A DNA stretch of 64,000 bases from Eledone cirrhosa (lineage: Eukaryota). The stretch lies in contig OZ024743.1 of the NCBI GenBank assembly GCA_964016885.1, positions 66,154,001 to 66,218,000 of the forward strand, written 5' to 3'. Numbering within the stretch: position 1 is the first letter of the stretch; every line of letters starts with the position of its first letter. This document shows, piece after piece, positions 41,998 through 55,242 of the stretch. The translations under genes were made by a program, and so were the position numbers. Below the pieces are notes generated by a model. The model made no database searches and was not told the DNA's origin. It saw only the letters and a program-made list of their open reading frames with translations.

Positions 41998-43538
41998 CCC
42001 CCCCCCCCACACACACACACACTCTCGCTCTCTCTCTCTCTCTCTCTCGGTAGTCTCTTCTCCCTTTCTCCCTTCCCCGGTATCTTTCTCTTTCTCTTCA
42101 ATTATTTCTTCTCAATGTGTTTCATTTTATTTATTTATCTCTTCACCCCCCTCGTGTCTCATATATCACTTAGCAGCTTTTTGCAAGCCAACTGTCAACA
42201 GCCTAACATTGCAACATGTGCTGTAGAAGTTTATAAATAGACAGAGGGAATCCACCAACCAAACCTCCTTCTCATTTCCTATCCCCCACCCCACCGCACT
42301 TACTGGTCCACTATGACGCATTTTAGGTTATTTAAGAATTGGGTAACCCTAAACACCAACCACCGATTATGATAAATAGCACCAACATAAACAAGTTAGC
42401 TGTAATAATTGCAACTGAAACAATATTACACTGTCCTCAATATTAAATACTACAGAACAAAAATTTGATATATTTATTCTATGTTCGTATTTCAAATCCT
42501 GTCGGTGACAACATTGCCTTTAATCCTTCTACTTTTAGAAAAAAAAAAGTGTAATTTACTTCCCGAGGTCGCCTATAGACAAACATGTATACATTTATAG
42601 TCCTGTGCAAAAGTAAAAAAGTGAATATTATGTTTTTTTAAGAATGAAGGTTAGGAACTTTAGCGTGTACCATGCCACTAATTTAGAAGCAAAAGAATAG
42701 GTTAAAAACTTAAAGCCTGTCCCAAGCCCAGAAACTCATCAACCCGGTGCTTGTACCGGTTTCATCGGTGATAAGTGACCGAGAGTACAAGACTCGACCC
42801 TGGACGGGATGTCAGTCCATCGCAGGGTTAACCTCCAGTTAATACTAATACTCATTCTCAACTGAGTGTATTGGAGCAACATGAAATGAAGTGTTTTACT
42901 TAAAGTCTCAACGCTCCACATGGTCCAGGAATCGAACATATGACATTATATTTCTAAATCCAACACCTTAACCACCAAGCCACATACCTCCATGAAATAG
43001 ATACCAATCTAAAAATAGTCGATATATTCGACATTTTAAAGTTACCCGTTCTATATATTACTGTTAAAGATCATAAACCTAAATTCCTTGTCATTCCAAA
43101 ATACAAATTAATAAATCTAGGGTACGGGAAATATGTTGTGTTAGTAACAAATATCTGGGATTCCATCCTTTTCAACATTTAGTAGGTCACTTCTCTATCC
43201 TTATGGAATAATAGCTTATCTGTGATAATGTCGTTCGGCAATATATAAATTTACGTAATTTAATATACTTCTGTCCATCCATAATTCAATTCCTTCTTCA
43301 ATAAGTTTTAAAAATCATTCGAAGATTTCTTCCAATTCGTGATTCAGATATTAATATTATCATGCACACCAAGAAAGCTATGCAATAATTCCTGTTAGGG
43401 CAAGAAGAATTGTTTGGAGTAATGAAGGGACCGGGGGTAGGAGCTGGGATTTGTGAAATAATAGGATTGTATATGTTATACCTACTTCAGTATGCGAACT
43501 ATGATCACAGTAATATTTAATATTTAAATATCACAGTA

Positions 43539-44066
43539 ATGCGCCAGATTCAGCATTCAGTAATCAGAAGAAGGGAGGTAGGTGTAAAATCCCAACTCGC
43601 TATCTTTAATTCTGTATTAGTGTCAACCCTTACCTATGGTCATGAATCTTGGGTAATGACCGAAAGAATACGATCACGAATACAACCAGCGGCAATTGGG
43701 TTCATCCAAAGGGACTTTGGAATAACGTTACTCGATAGAGTATGTAGCTCGGAGATCAGAGAGTGACTTCAGGTATCGAGTCACCACTTCTCAGGATTGC
43801 GAGATCACAGCCCCGATACTATGGGCATATGGTTGGAATGTGTCAAGAAAGAATCGTTGGACAGATTTTACGGGCAAAATCAACTGGCTGGAGATTCAGG
43901 GGTAGACCTCGTGCAAGATGGTTGGATAACATCTATGAGCTTGGCTAGTCTCACTTGGGGATCCAGCCGGATCAGTTGGAAAAGATTATTCCTGACAGGA
44001 ACCGCTGGAAGGGGTGTTTGAGTAACTGCCTCCACGACCCTCTCAGGAATAAGTGGGTGAAGAAGA
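43539..44066 (+). mobile_element. RTE LINE 3' fragment
   Basis: LAIFNSVLVSTLTYGHESW, RSQPRYYGHMVGM, RGRPRARW. Confidence 0.85.
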
Positions 44067-44327
44067 TCACACTACATATGAATCCAAGCAGAGATAATTT
44101 CTTAGATATAACTCTTGATTTGTGTATATATGAACTTGTAACTCCCGATGGAGTCGAAGGGTTACCGTAGTGATATACATTTTTAACGTGGCGAAGCCCA
44201 TCCCGTCGTCAGGTCAGAACACAACCGATTTATTTCAGATAGAGAGGGAGAGCAAGAGATAGATAGATAGATAGATAGATAGAGTGAGAGTGAGAGAGAG
44301 AGAGGGAGAGAGAGAGGGAGAGAGAGA

Positions 44328-44396
<69 letters not shown>

Positions 44397-45124
44397 TGTG
44401 TGTGTGTGTTTGTGATTGTGTGAGTGTGTGTGTGAGAGAGTGGAAAGGAGGACGAGATATCCCATTATAGAAGAGATATCCCAGAACATTAATGGCAGTC
44501 TCATTAATGCAAAGGGATGGTAAACTCTGTTTCTATTTAAAGAGGAATTCCCCCCTAGTTCTATGATACTAAATAGTTTGTTTTAAAGTGTTTTTATTTA
44601 TCTAAAAACCTACCACCCTAATTTTATGTAAGAACCTTTGTTAAGTTATGTTCCAAACAGTTCTATACATACAAAACTGTTGGCCTGTCTATTTATACTG
44701 GTGTTGTATATATATCCTGTATCTTAGTGGTTGACCAAACAGAGACCGAGAAAAATAAGTAGCAGATGAAATATAAGCGACAGTGGTGGGATGCTCAAGG
44801 AAAACTCTTGAAGATCGTGACTAATATGTATAGATACACACACACAAGCACAAACATATACAAACATACATACACAAGCACAAACACAAACACACACACA
44901 TCCATACACACACACACAGGCACACACACACAAATACACCCCCCCCCCCCCCACACACACACAAACACACACACACACAAGTACGCACACACACAACCAC
45001 ACACACAAACACATAATAAATATTAAGGAAAGGAAGAGAGGCGGTATCACATAGTCAACATCAGTTTATTTCATTACATCATACCAGTGATTTTGAACAT
45101 GTGATAACGCCTTTTTGTCCTTTT

Positions 45125-45190
<66 letters not shown>

Positions 45191-48100
45191 TGTTAATTTT
45201 CTAGATGTTACACTTAACCTCAATTCAGGACTCTTCCAACCCTACCACAAACCCAACGAGAACTTAAATTATGTCAACGCAAAATCGAACCACCCTAGAA
45301 TACTCACTAACGGTATTACAAAAAGCGTCTCTAGTAGAATTTCAGGACTATCTTCCAATGAAGATACATTTGATAGGATCTCAAATTACTATAATAGCGC
45401 CCTGGAACGCGCGGGGTGTAGCGAGGGAATCTCATTGAAACGTCCATTAGGTAGTAGTAGCAACATTGTCTGCGATAGCTTAGGCCAAAATAGTGTTACT
45501 TTAGTTAACAGCAGGCGGGAGGCGAAGGAGGATCAACATAGACTTCATGTTGTATTGCCTGCTAGTCCCAATGACGACGGTACCAATGAGAATAACCACC
45601 CAGATACAAACACGGTGTCTGAGCACCGTACAGCCAGCGGTAACTCTAATTGTATCCTTAATTGTAGAGCTGATAAAACAACCGTTGAACGTAAAATAGA
45701 ACGGAGGTCGGGTAGGGGGAATAGGGATAAATGTAGTAGGCGCATAGTGGATATAACCCCGGCTATCGAGGATAATTCCAATAACTGCACAGGGGGTACA
45801 CCGCCCAGAGACTTGGGACGATTCCCAACACCACCTGGACACCCCGGGGCATCATCGACCCACATGCAGTTATCAGTTCTAATAGACCAGTAGCAACCAA
45901 GGAGGCCGGTAACACTAGTATAGATAATAAGAACAAGAAGCATCGGACAAGAAAAACCCTGTGGTACAACCCCCCATACTCCACCGGCCTGACACAGCTA
46001 AGCTTTTCTTTAGGGCCTTAGACAAATGCTTCCCTAGATCACACAAATACTATAAAATATTCAATAGGAATATCATCAAGCTGTCCTACTCCACAACCAG
46101 TAATATAGCTCAGAATATAGCTAAGATGAATTATAGTAGACTTAGGACATCCCAGGGCGGGATGAGGCATGGCAGAACTAATGGCAGTTCTATGCATGAA
46201 CGGACTCATACGCCTGAGGAGAGTCGAGCCACCCCAACCCCTGGGAACTTACCCGTAGAGCAGACAAGAACTGAGACCCTACACCAGAGGCACCGTGGTT
46301 CCTCAGGAACTACCCCGGTCGGTAGCAGTAAATGTAATTGCAGGAACACCACTGCTTGCCCCTTGGCTGGGAAATGCCTCACCAAAAACATAGTCTACTA
46401 CTGTAAGGTCTCCAATTTAGATAGAACGTTCATGTATGTTGGGGCGACTGCCACTGAATTTAAGGAAAGATGATATAATCACCACCATACCTTTAATAGA
46501 TTATATAAAAAAAAATAGCACGGCGCTTTCTGAATTAGTCTGGAAGCTTAAACAACAGAATATAGAGCACTCCTTATCCTGGTCCATAGTTTACTCAGCC
46601 CAGCCATATAACGGCAGCACGGGCGTTTGTAATTTATGTATAGCTGAAACCTTTAATATAATTAGAGGCGGCCCCCTACTAATCAATAGGAGAGCGGACT
46701 TTTTCAGCACATGCCAGCATAGAATCCCCGAAAACCTTCCTCAGGATTTTTAGAAAGTAACCTACCACTAACTCCACCCTTTTTACCTTAGCTATAGAGT
46801 TCTCTCAATTAGCAAAATATAGACAATCACACACTCAGGTAGTAGACAGCTGAGATCGTTTGCGCACTTACACACGGTACTCGGTATGTTTCCACGGAGT
46901 TCTCACAGCTGAGTGCACATTTACCATTACTTTAGAATACCTAGTTAGTGAATAGTTAGAACAATTATACACTCAGTTAAGACCGATTACGCGCACTCAC
47001 CATTACTTTAGAATACCCTAACCATAGAGTTCTCTCAGTGAGTAAATAGTTAGGCGTATTACACACTCAGTTAAGAACGATTACGCTCTTTATACATAAT
47101 TCTACACACGGTACCCGGTTTCTTTAGAGACGGAGTTCCCAAAGTTATGACTAGTCACGATCTTATCAATTGAATACTACATTAGGTTTTTGGTCACAGT
47201 TGCTGAATGGACAATACTACATACACGCCATCAATGGGCCCATGACACTTACACACATCCCCGGGGTTTTGTTATTTTATTTTATTTTATTTTATTTTTG
47301 TGTTGGGTAACACACCTCCACCACTCAAACACTTATCTTAAAAGCCCGAGGGCCCATATGACGGGAAATTGCACACACTGACACCTTAACTCAAATACCC
47401 AACCCTACATGGAGCCTGGTGGCCTACATGGCGGGTGCTTGCACACACAGACTCGGGGATTCAGATTCTCAACGAGACAACGGCACATACAGAGTTCGAT
47501 ACGAGCTGACTACTTGCTCTACACATGGATGTGTATATACCAAAACATACACTATTTAGATGATACGGATATTACAATTCAATCAATACACGTATAGCAG
47601 AACGTTGAACGGAATTTACTTGCGTGTGTATAGGGTTGTGGTTGACACAATTTTTTTCTAATTTACATCGTTCAAATTGAGATTTGACCAATATAACATT
47701 TGTTGTTTTGTAACCTAACTTTCGGTCCATACTGTGTTGTTATGTATATTTTGTCTCTGACCTCGCGTCCGTGTGTGTGAGTGTGTGTGTGTACTCACTC
47801 ACACTAACTGTGACCGACCGAAATTCTACAGATTTGATGTTGAGATTAGACCTGTCCAGCGTCTTTTACAGCTATTGAGAGATAGAGACTTGGTAGATTT
47901 ATGACCCTGACTGAAGACGATCGCAGTTGGCGTGTTTTGGCTGCTGAATCTTCGTATGAGGAACAAAACTCTAGTGAGTGAACATCGTTAGTTTTTCCTC
48001 ACTCATATCAAAGATTTGAAGACAATTCATTATTCACCTGATGAGATCAGTGATAATCGATCATGACCACACGATCGATCTATCTCTTATTGAAACATGT

Positions 48101-48300
48101 GTCATGATTAAAATGATTGGAAATTTATACCATGCCTTCGGATCTATTTTTTTAAAATACAATACTCCGTTTTACGTCATCTAGCTATTCCCATAAATGG
48201 AACTGGAGATACACAAAGCGTGGAGAACTTAGTATTGCTAACAAAAGTTTATTGGACCGTATGACACCATCAATAATACACCTTACTATATAACAACTAT
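45191..48300 (+). mobile_element. 5'-truncated, decayed Penelope-like element (Hydra-clade-like) with ~1.5 kb 3' UTR
   Basis: VNFLDVTLNLNSG, SNHP, WYNPP, IKLSYST, CNCRNTTACPLAGKC, NIVYYC..MYVGAT, CNLCIAE, CQHR. Starts in (TA)n. Confidence 0.9.
48034..48106 (+). ncRNA. Hammerhead motif with long stem II in the PLE 3' UTR
   Basis: tcac-CTGATGA-[47-nt hairpin incl. atcgatc/gatcgat]-GAAAC-atgt-GTC-atga. Confidence 0.65.
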
Positions 48301-48319
48301 ATATAGCCATTCGCTCCCC

Positions 48320-48387
<68 letters not shown>

Positions 48388-48443
48388 TTACATATATATA
48401 TGTATATATATATATATACATATTCAGCTCTAATATATTTATG

Positions 48444-48528
<85 letters not shown>

Positions 48529-48562
48529 AGATTTGAATGGATACAGTTTAGTTGAAAGGAAT

Positions 48563-48679
48563 TTATTGACACGTGTTTCTATAACAGTTACATAACCTAA
48601 AACAGCTATCTACAAACTTTTAGTTATGCAGACATTCAATATTTCAATGTTATTGTTTACTGTCATTTCATCAGAATAA
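48563..48679 (-). ncRNA. Hammerhead ribozyme with 88-nt stem II domain (second copy 52148-52264)
   Basis: ttatt-CTGATGA-a-atgacagt...actgttat-a-GAAAC-acgt-GTC-aataa. Confidence 0.75.
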
Positions 48680-49319
48680 TATTACTGAGGACCTATTTAG
48701 TTTTTATAGAGAATATTAGGAGGAAGGGGTGAAGTTGTTAGAAGAATAGTTGAAGGAGTGGTTTTTCGATAGCAGTGAGAATTCTTGGTGGCAGTGATTA
48801 ATTAGATTCCCATCTGTTGTTTTGACATTTTTTATAGAATATATTATTGGTTATTTTTCTAAATCTATAGAAGGATTAGAGATAGTAAAGATATGCGTGG
48901 TTGGTTTTGTGTTTGCACTTAACATTCAGACTTAAATTTTTCTTTCAAGTGTACGTATTCTTTCACCCACGCATTCACACACAAATATATTTGCACACCT
49001 CTACAAAATACATATACTCACAATTCACATATTCATACTTACATATATATACACATGCATACACATATATATACACACTTGTATTCATGTACATACATAC
49101 GCGCTCATGTGTATACATTTTCATACTCAACTTATCTTTATATATACACACGTATAGACACACACATATATACATACATACTCTAGTCCATGTGTACACA
49201 CATACACATACATACACATCCATATACACATACATACATACACATATATACATACATATATACATATACATATATATACATATATATATATATATACACA
49301 TACATATATACACACATAT

Positions 49320-49352
<33 letters not shown>

Positions 49353-49621
49353 AGCACTTTAATACATGAATACACTTACATCTAACTATACACATCAAAC
49401 ATATATATATATTTACTTATTTATATACATTTTCACATATATATACATACTTATGGACGTTTTTAGACACATTCATTATCGCATATTTGTACCTATTCTC
49501 ATCAGCATATCTTTTCATTATTAGTATGGTAATTTAAGGTTATTAATATATGTTGAAAAGAGATTGTTTTTATATTTTTCTAACTAGATTAAGGTTTATA
49601 TAGTTGGGGGATGTCCCTCTT

Positions 49622-51943
49622 TTATGTAATATTCGGCTTGTAGTGGGAAAAAAGGGTTTTAGTTCTGTGACGGCAGAATAATGTTCGTTCAATTCTGTTA
49701 TTCAGCAGTTTCTTCTTGTGTGTGATTATGTAATAAATCTCAAGATTACACAATTTGCAGAAATTTTGGCTCCTGGAAAAGCTTTGGGTTTTAGCTAATT
49801 TTTCCCATTTTAGGGTAAACTTTTGATTGCTATCCCTGAGCGTCCAAGCTTTCTCTGCTAAAGTTGTTACATTTCTTTGGCTCTGGTGTTTTATTGAGTA
49901 AGAATGCCTATACAATCGAGATTTAAACGATGTTGCCGTTGATCCCACGTAATACCACTCGTTGCCTCCGGATTTAATGGTACACTTATAAATAATATTT
50001 TTTTCCAGGCAGTTATTGCCGAGGGGGCAGTTGTCAGGATAGGTGCAGTTACAGTTGTGTACGTTGGGTTTTCTCTGGAGTAGTATTGCGGACGAACTTA
50101 GGTGTGGTTTATTTATGTTCTGTAGTGTATTGTCTACTGTTTTTTTGGGGTTCTTTGTACTTAAGTTCTTAGTGTTTTCGTTTAACCTTCTAGTATTGAT
50201 CTTTTTTATGTGTTGTTCAAGGTTTAACGCTGTAGAGTATGACAGTCTTATAGTGGTAGGGTTTAGGATTTTGTGGTATTTGTGTGATGTGGGAAAATGT
50301 CTTTTAATTATTTTAAAGAAGAGTACTGGTAAATTTGTACTAATGGAGCTATTGTATTCGGGGTTATACCATAAGTACTCTTTGCATCGCTTTCTATTAG
50401 TTTTGTTTGTTGGTTTACTGGTGTGCATACTATGGTAGTAAGTGTGGTTTGGTGTTGTGTTATTATATCTACCTATGTGGGATTTATTTTGGGTGTTTTG
50501 ATTGTTCCCATCTATGTACTCTATTTTGTTGAGGTAGCCTGCTTTACTAAGGGCGTTATCGTAGTACTCGGCGTGTTCCTTAAATACTTGTATGTTAGAA
50601 GATAGACCCGAGATTCTAAGGGAAATATTTTTAGGGATAGATTTAATTATAGAGATGGGGTGGTTAGACCCAACATTTACGTATTTGAGATTTTCATTCA
50701 ATTTATGAAACGGTTTAATCAAACCAGAGTTTAAATTGAGTGTGACATCCAGGAAATTAACTACTTTAAGGTTGTATTCATATGTTATAGTTAGTCCTAT
50801 TTCGAGTAGTAGTTTTCTTATATCTTTGCGTAGTTTTTCTAGTTTTTGGTTATTAAGGTTTTTAGCTAGGAGGAGAACATCGTCGCGGTATATTCCGCCG
50901 TGGAGATTGCTGAATTTTTCCTGGAGTCTAAAGGCGATAAATAACCCCACAATATCAGTTATTTCCGCCGAATCGTTAGAGCCCATTGTTATGTCAAAGT
51001 TAGAGGGTCTATCTTTACGTACCCAATAACTGTTCTCAAATTTGACTATAGTTTTCCTAGCTTCTAATATAATCTTAATTTCATCGTTTGTAAGGTCGGA
51101 GTTATCCTTAGCAAACTTAATGGCTCTATTCAAAGTTTCAGGTGATATCGATGAGTAATATTCATCGATATCAAACTGGATAAACTTAGATTTATTCTTA
51201 TTGCTAATGCTATTAAACCATCTTATTGCTTCTTGGGTCTTCCCCCAGAGTTTAATGTTAACCTTAGCCTTAATTTGGGGGATGATTCTATCTAAGATAT
51301 ATTTGCTTATTTTACCTATATCTGATTTAGAGGGGCAGATTAATCTAATTTTAGGGTCATTATCAAAGTTTACCTTGTGGTCCTTAAGATTGAAAGTGGG
51401 TACCGCCGGTAAGAGTGGTCCTGTCCTATCTTCGATTCCGAGATTTTTCACTATTTCGCATGCCTCATCATTGATGTGCTTAAGGGTTACTTCACTCGTT
51501 TTTCTATATTTTTTATGTAATTCTTTTCGAATGAAGTTGTTGTATGTAGTGCAGTCCATAGTATACAGGTTTGATGTTTTGTCCGCTTTTACTACAATTC
51601 CTTTGGTGTTTTTAAGGTCGTCCAGTAGTTTTTTTATATCTTTCTGTAATTTGCTGTTGGTGTTGCGTCCTTTGAATTTAATTTTAAGGATTAAGTTCAT
51701 AAGGTCCTGCTCAAATGCATCTAATAGTGGGTTGGTGGGTGGGTTTTTACAAGTCCTAAAACCGAATTTTTTCTTTACACCACTTTCTAATGTTGAGTTC
51801 ATACGGCTTCTATCATAGTGGAGCGTTTTCCACCTGACACGTCGAATGAATTCATTAGTTTTTTGAATCATGCTCAATAAATATTCCTTTCTACCTTGGG
51901 TTGGTATGTTTTTGAGTGACATATCCAGGTAGTGTTTTTCCAT
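49622..51943 (-). CDS. Intact Penelope-like retroelement protein (RT + C-terminal GIY-YIG endonuclease), 773 aa
   Basis: Uninterrupted ORF with KADKTSN, FIQFDIDEYYSSI, MGSNDSAEITD, GGIYRDD, VNFLDVTL, CNCTYPDNCPLGNNC, NIIY..YYVGST...R, CKLCNLE, CRHR. Confidence 0.96.
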   Translation of the reverse strand: MEKHYLDMSLKNIPTQGRKEYLLSMIQKTNEFIRRVRWKTLHYDRSRMNSTLESGVKKKFGFRTCKNPPTNPLLDAFEQDLMNLILKIKFKGRNTNSKLQKDIKKLLDDLKNTKGIVVKADKTSNLYTMDCTTYNNFIRKELHKKYRKTSEVTLKHINDEACEIVKNLGIEDRTGPLLPAVPTFNLKDHKVNFDNDPKIRLICPSKSDIGKISKYILDRIIPQIKAKVNIKLWGKTQEAIRWFNSISNKNKSKFIQFDIDEYYSSISPETLNRAIKFAKDNSDLTNDEIKIILEARKTIVKFENSYWVRKDRPSNFDITMGSNDSAEITDIVGLFIAFRLQEKFSNLHGGIYRDDVLLLAKNLNNQKLEKLRKDIRKLLLEIGLTITYEYNLKVVNFLDVTLNLNSGLIKPFHKLNENLKYVNVGSNHPISIIKSIPKNISLRISGLSSNIQVFKEHAEYYDNALSKAGYLNKIEYIDGNNQNTQNKSHIGRYNNTTPNHTYYHSMHTSKPTNKTNRKRCKEYLWYNPEYNSSISTNLPVLFFKIIKRHFPTSHKYHKILNPTTIRLSYSTALNLEQHIKKINTRRLNENTKNLSTKNPKKTVDNTLQNINKPHLSSSAILLQRKPNVHNCNCTYPDNCPLGNNCLEKNIIYKCTIKSGGNEWYYVGSTATSFKSRLYRHSYSIKHQSQRNVTTLAEKAWTLRDSNQKFTLKWEKLAKTQSFSRSQNFCKLCNLEIYYIITHKKKLLNNRIERTLFCRHRTKTLFSHYKPNIT

Positions 51944-52904
51944 TGTTGTGGTTGCGTTTGCTGTGTGGGTTGCTCGACTTTACAGGAGGTAAATATACAG
52001 TTTTTTCCGTTGTGTTGTAATATAAATATTACACACAGTAGATTATCAGCTCACGTAGAGTTTGCTCGACGGTTCCAGTTGTAGTTCCAAAAGTAATCCG
52101 GAGAAAAATAGAAAGATTTGAATGGATACAGTTTAGTTGAAAGGAATTTATTGACACGTGTTTCTATAACAGTTACATAACCTAAAACAGCTATCTACAA
52201 ACTTTTAGTTATGCAGACATTCAATATTTCAATGTTATTGTTTACTGTCATTTCATCAGAATAATATTACTGAGGACCTATTTAGTTTTTATAGAGAATA
52301 TTAGGAGGAAGGGGTGAAGTTGTTAGAAGAATAGTTGAAGGAGTGGTTTTTCGATAGCAGTGAGAATTCTTGGTGGCAGTGATTAATTAGATTCCCATCT
52401 GTTGTTTTGACATTTTTTATAGAATATATTATTGGTTATTTTTCTAAATCTATAGAAGGATTAGAGATAGTAAAGATATGCGTGGTTGGTTTTGTGTTTG
52501 CACTTAACATTCAGACTTAAATTTTTCTTTCAAGTGTACGTATTCTTTCACCCACGCATTCACACACAAATATATTTGCACACCTCTACAAAATACATAT
52601 ACTCACAATTCACATATTCATACTTACATATATATACACATGCATACACATATATATACACACTTGTATTCATGTACATACATACGCGCTCATGTGTATA
52701 CATTTTCATACTCAACTTATCTTTATATATACACACGTATAGACACACACATATATACATACATACTCTAGTCCATGTGTACACACATACACATACATAC
52801 ACATCCATATACACATACATACATACACATATATACATACATATATACATATACATATATATACATATATATATATATATACACATACATATATACACAC
52901 ATAT

Positions 52905-52937
<33 letters not shown>

Positions 52938-53206
52938 AGCACTTTAATACATGAATACACTTACATCTAACTATACACATCAAACATATATATATATTTA
53001 CTTATTTATATACATTTTCACATATATATACATACTTATGGACGTTTTTAGACACATTCATTATCGCATATTTGTACCTATTCTCATCAGCATATCTTTT
53101 CATTATTAGTATGGTAATTTAAGGTTATTAATATATGTTGAAAAGAGATTGTTTTTATATTTTTCTAACTAGATTAAGGTTTATATAGTTGGGGGATGTC
53201 CCTCTT

Positions 53207-54421
53207 TTATGTAATATTCGGCTTGTAGTGGGAAAAAAGGGTTTTAGTTCTGTGACGGCAGAATAATGTTCGTTCAATTCTGTTATTCAGCAGTTTCTTC
53301 TTGTGTGTGATTATGTAATAAATCTCAAGATTACACAATTTGCAGAAATTTTGGCTCCTGGAAAAGCTTTGGGTTTTAGCTAATTTTTCCCATTTTAGGG
53401 TAAACTTTTGATTGCTATCCCTGAGCGTCCAAGCTTTCTCTGCTAAAGTTGTTACATTTCTTTGGCTCTGGTGTTTTATTGAGTAAGAATGCCTATACAA
53501 TCGAGATTTAAACGATGTTGCCGTTGATCCCACGTAATACCACTCGTTGCCTCCGGATTTAATGGTACACTTATAAATAATATTTTTTTCCAGGCAGTTA
53601 TTGCCGAGGGGGCAGTTGTCAGGATAGGTGCAGTTACAGTTGTGTACGTTGGGTTTTCTCTGGAGTAGTATTGCGGACGAACTTAGGTGTGGTTTATTTA
53701 TGTTCTGTAGTGTATTGTCTACTGTTTTTTTGGGGTTCTTTGTACTTAAGTTCTTAGTGTTTTCGTTTAACCTTCTAGTATTGATCTTTTTTATGTGTTG
53801 TTCAAGGTTTAACGCTGTAGAGTATGACAGTCTTATAGTGGTAGGGTTTAGGATTTTGTGGTATTTGTGTGATGTGGGAAAATGTCTTTTAATTATTTTA
53901 AAGAAGAGTACTGGTAAATTTGTACTAATGGAGCTATTGTATTCGGGGTTATACCATAAGTACTCTTTGCATCGCTTTCTATTAGTTTTGTTTGTTGGTT
54001 TACTGGTGTGCATACTATGGTAGTAAGTGTGGTTTGGTGTTGTGTTATTATATCTACCTATGTGGGATTTATTTTGGGTGTTTTGATTGTTCCCATCTAT
54101 GTACTCTATTTTGTTGAGGTAGCCTGCTTTACTAAGGGCGTTATCGTAGTACTCGGCGTGTTCCTTAAATACTTGTATGTTAGAAGATAGACCCGAGATT
54201 CTAAGGGAAATATTTTTAGGGATAGATTTAATTATAGAGATGGGGTGGTTAGACCCAACATTTACGTATTTGAGATTTTCATTCAATTTATGAAACGGTT
54301 TAATCAAACCAGAGTTTAAATTGAGTGTGACATCCAGGAAATTAACTACTTTAAGGTTGTATTCATATGTTATAGTTAGTCCTATTTCGAGTAGTAGTTT
54401 TCTTATATCTTTGCGTAGTTT

Positions 54422-54426
<5 letters not shown>
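53207..54426 (-). pseudogene. Duplicated C-terminal half of the PLE ORF (upstream partial copy)
   Basis: ORF 53207..54307 matches the C-terminus of 49622..51943. Confidence 0.9.
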
Positions 54427-54478
<52 letters not shown>

Positions 54479-54629
54479 ATTATGTAATAAACAACATATG
54501 ATAATTATTTCATTTACCAGTGGTTTTTTGAAGGCAGATGTTATGTCTGTCTTCAGTCGTCAGAATGAATAAAAAACATGGTGTTTTTATTAAATATGGA
54601 TTATATATATATTCATCCCTATATATATA

Positions 54630-54910
54630 TCCCGATTTGTACGGGTTATTTTATTGGCAGTATGACATATATATATAAATGTAATTCGAATATTAATAAT
54701 ATTCGATTCGTTTGCAATTATGATTATTGCATAATTACAAACGAATCGAATATTAATATTCGAAAAACTCAGATTACATTTATATATATATATGTCATAC
54801 TGCCAATAAAATAACCCGTACAAATCGAGTTTCACTTCAATTTTAATTATAACCCTTTCGTCACATATCCTGTGACCTTCCCAATGACTCTGCTTGCTCC
54901 TCTCTGTCTC
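54630..54910. mobile_element. Palindromic remnant related to 25396-25921
   Basis: cgatttgtacgggttattttattggcagtatgac is inverted at ~54793-54828; decayed ggtcac..gtgacGAAA motif on the minus strand at ~54855-54885. Confidence 0.7.
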
Positions 54911-55242
54911 CACTTCGTTTTATATACTCCATCTTGTCTTATATATAGTTGAACAAATAAAACAAAACAAACACAGTGATGCAAAAATACAACGTTTTAA
55001 TATGTTCAATCTTGGAGTAAGTATATGAAAAGTTCATTAATAACAGGTTTTCTTTCTTGCAATTGAAATAGGATGTTTATATGTGAAACCAAATATCGTC
55101 TCTTCGATTTGAAGACAAAATCAATCTTCAATACACCAGTAAATAGAAAATATTTCCACCCTTTTGTCACAGAACTTTAATGGCGCAAATAATCTACTTT
55201 ATATACAGCTTATTGGCAGAGTCGTGTGAATGTCGTATATAG

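Larger units (their letters stand above)
48523..54426 (-). mobile_element. Young PLE in partial tandem (3585-bp unit plus 2319-bp upstream partial copy), inserted in (TA)n
   Basis: 52108-54426 repeats 48523-50841; ORF-track translations are identical at offset 3585. Confidence 0.95.

Noticed and set aside
46471-46473. In-frame TGA in the PLE endonuclease, considered as selenocysteine (as in Naiad PLEs)
   Set aside because: It aligns with Trp/Leu (FKARW, FKSRL) in the other two elements, not Cys. The copy is also frameshifted, so TGG>TGA decay is simpler.
51201-51818. 205-aa and other ORFs antisense to PLE/LINE coding regions
   Set aside because: Shadow frames of the real ORFs, with no independent motifs.
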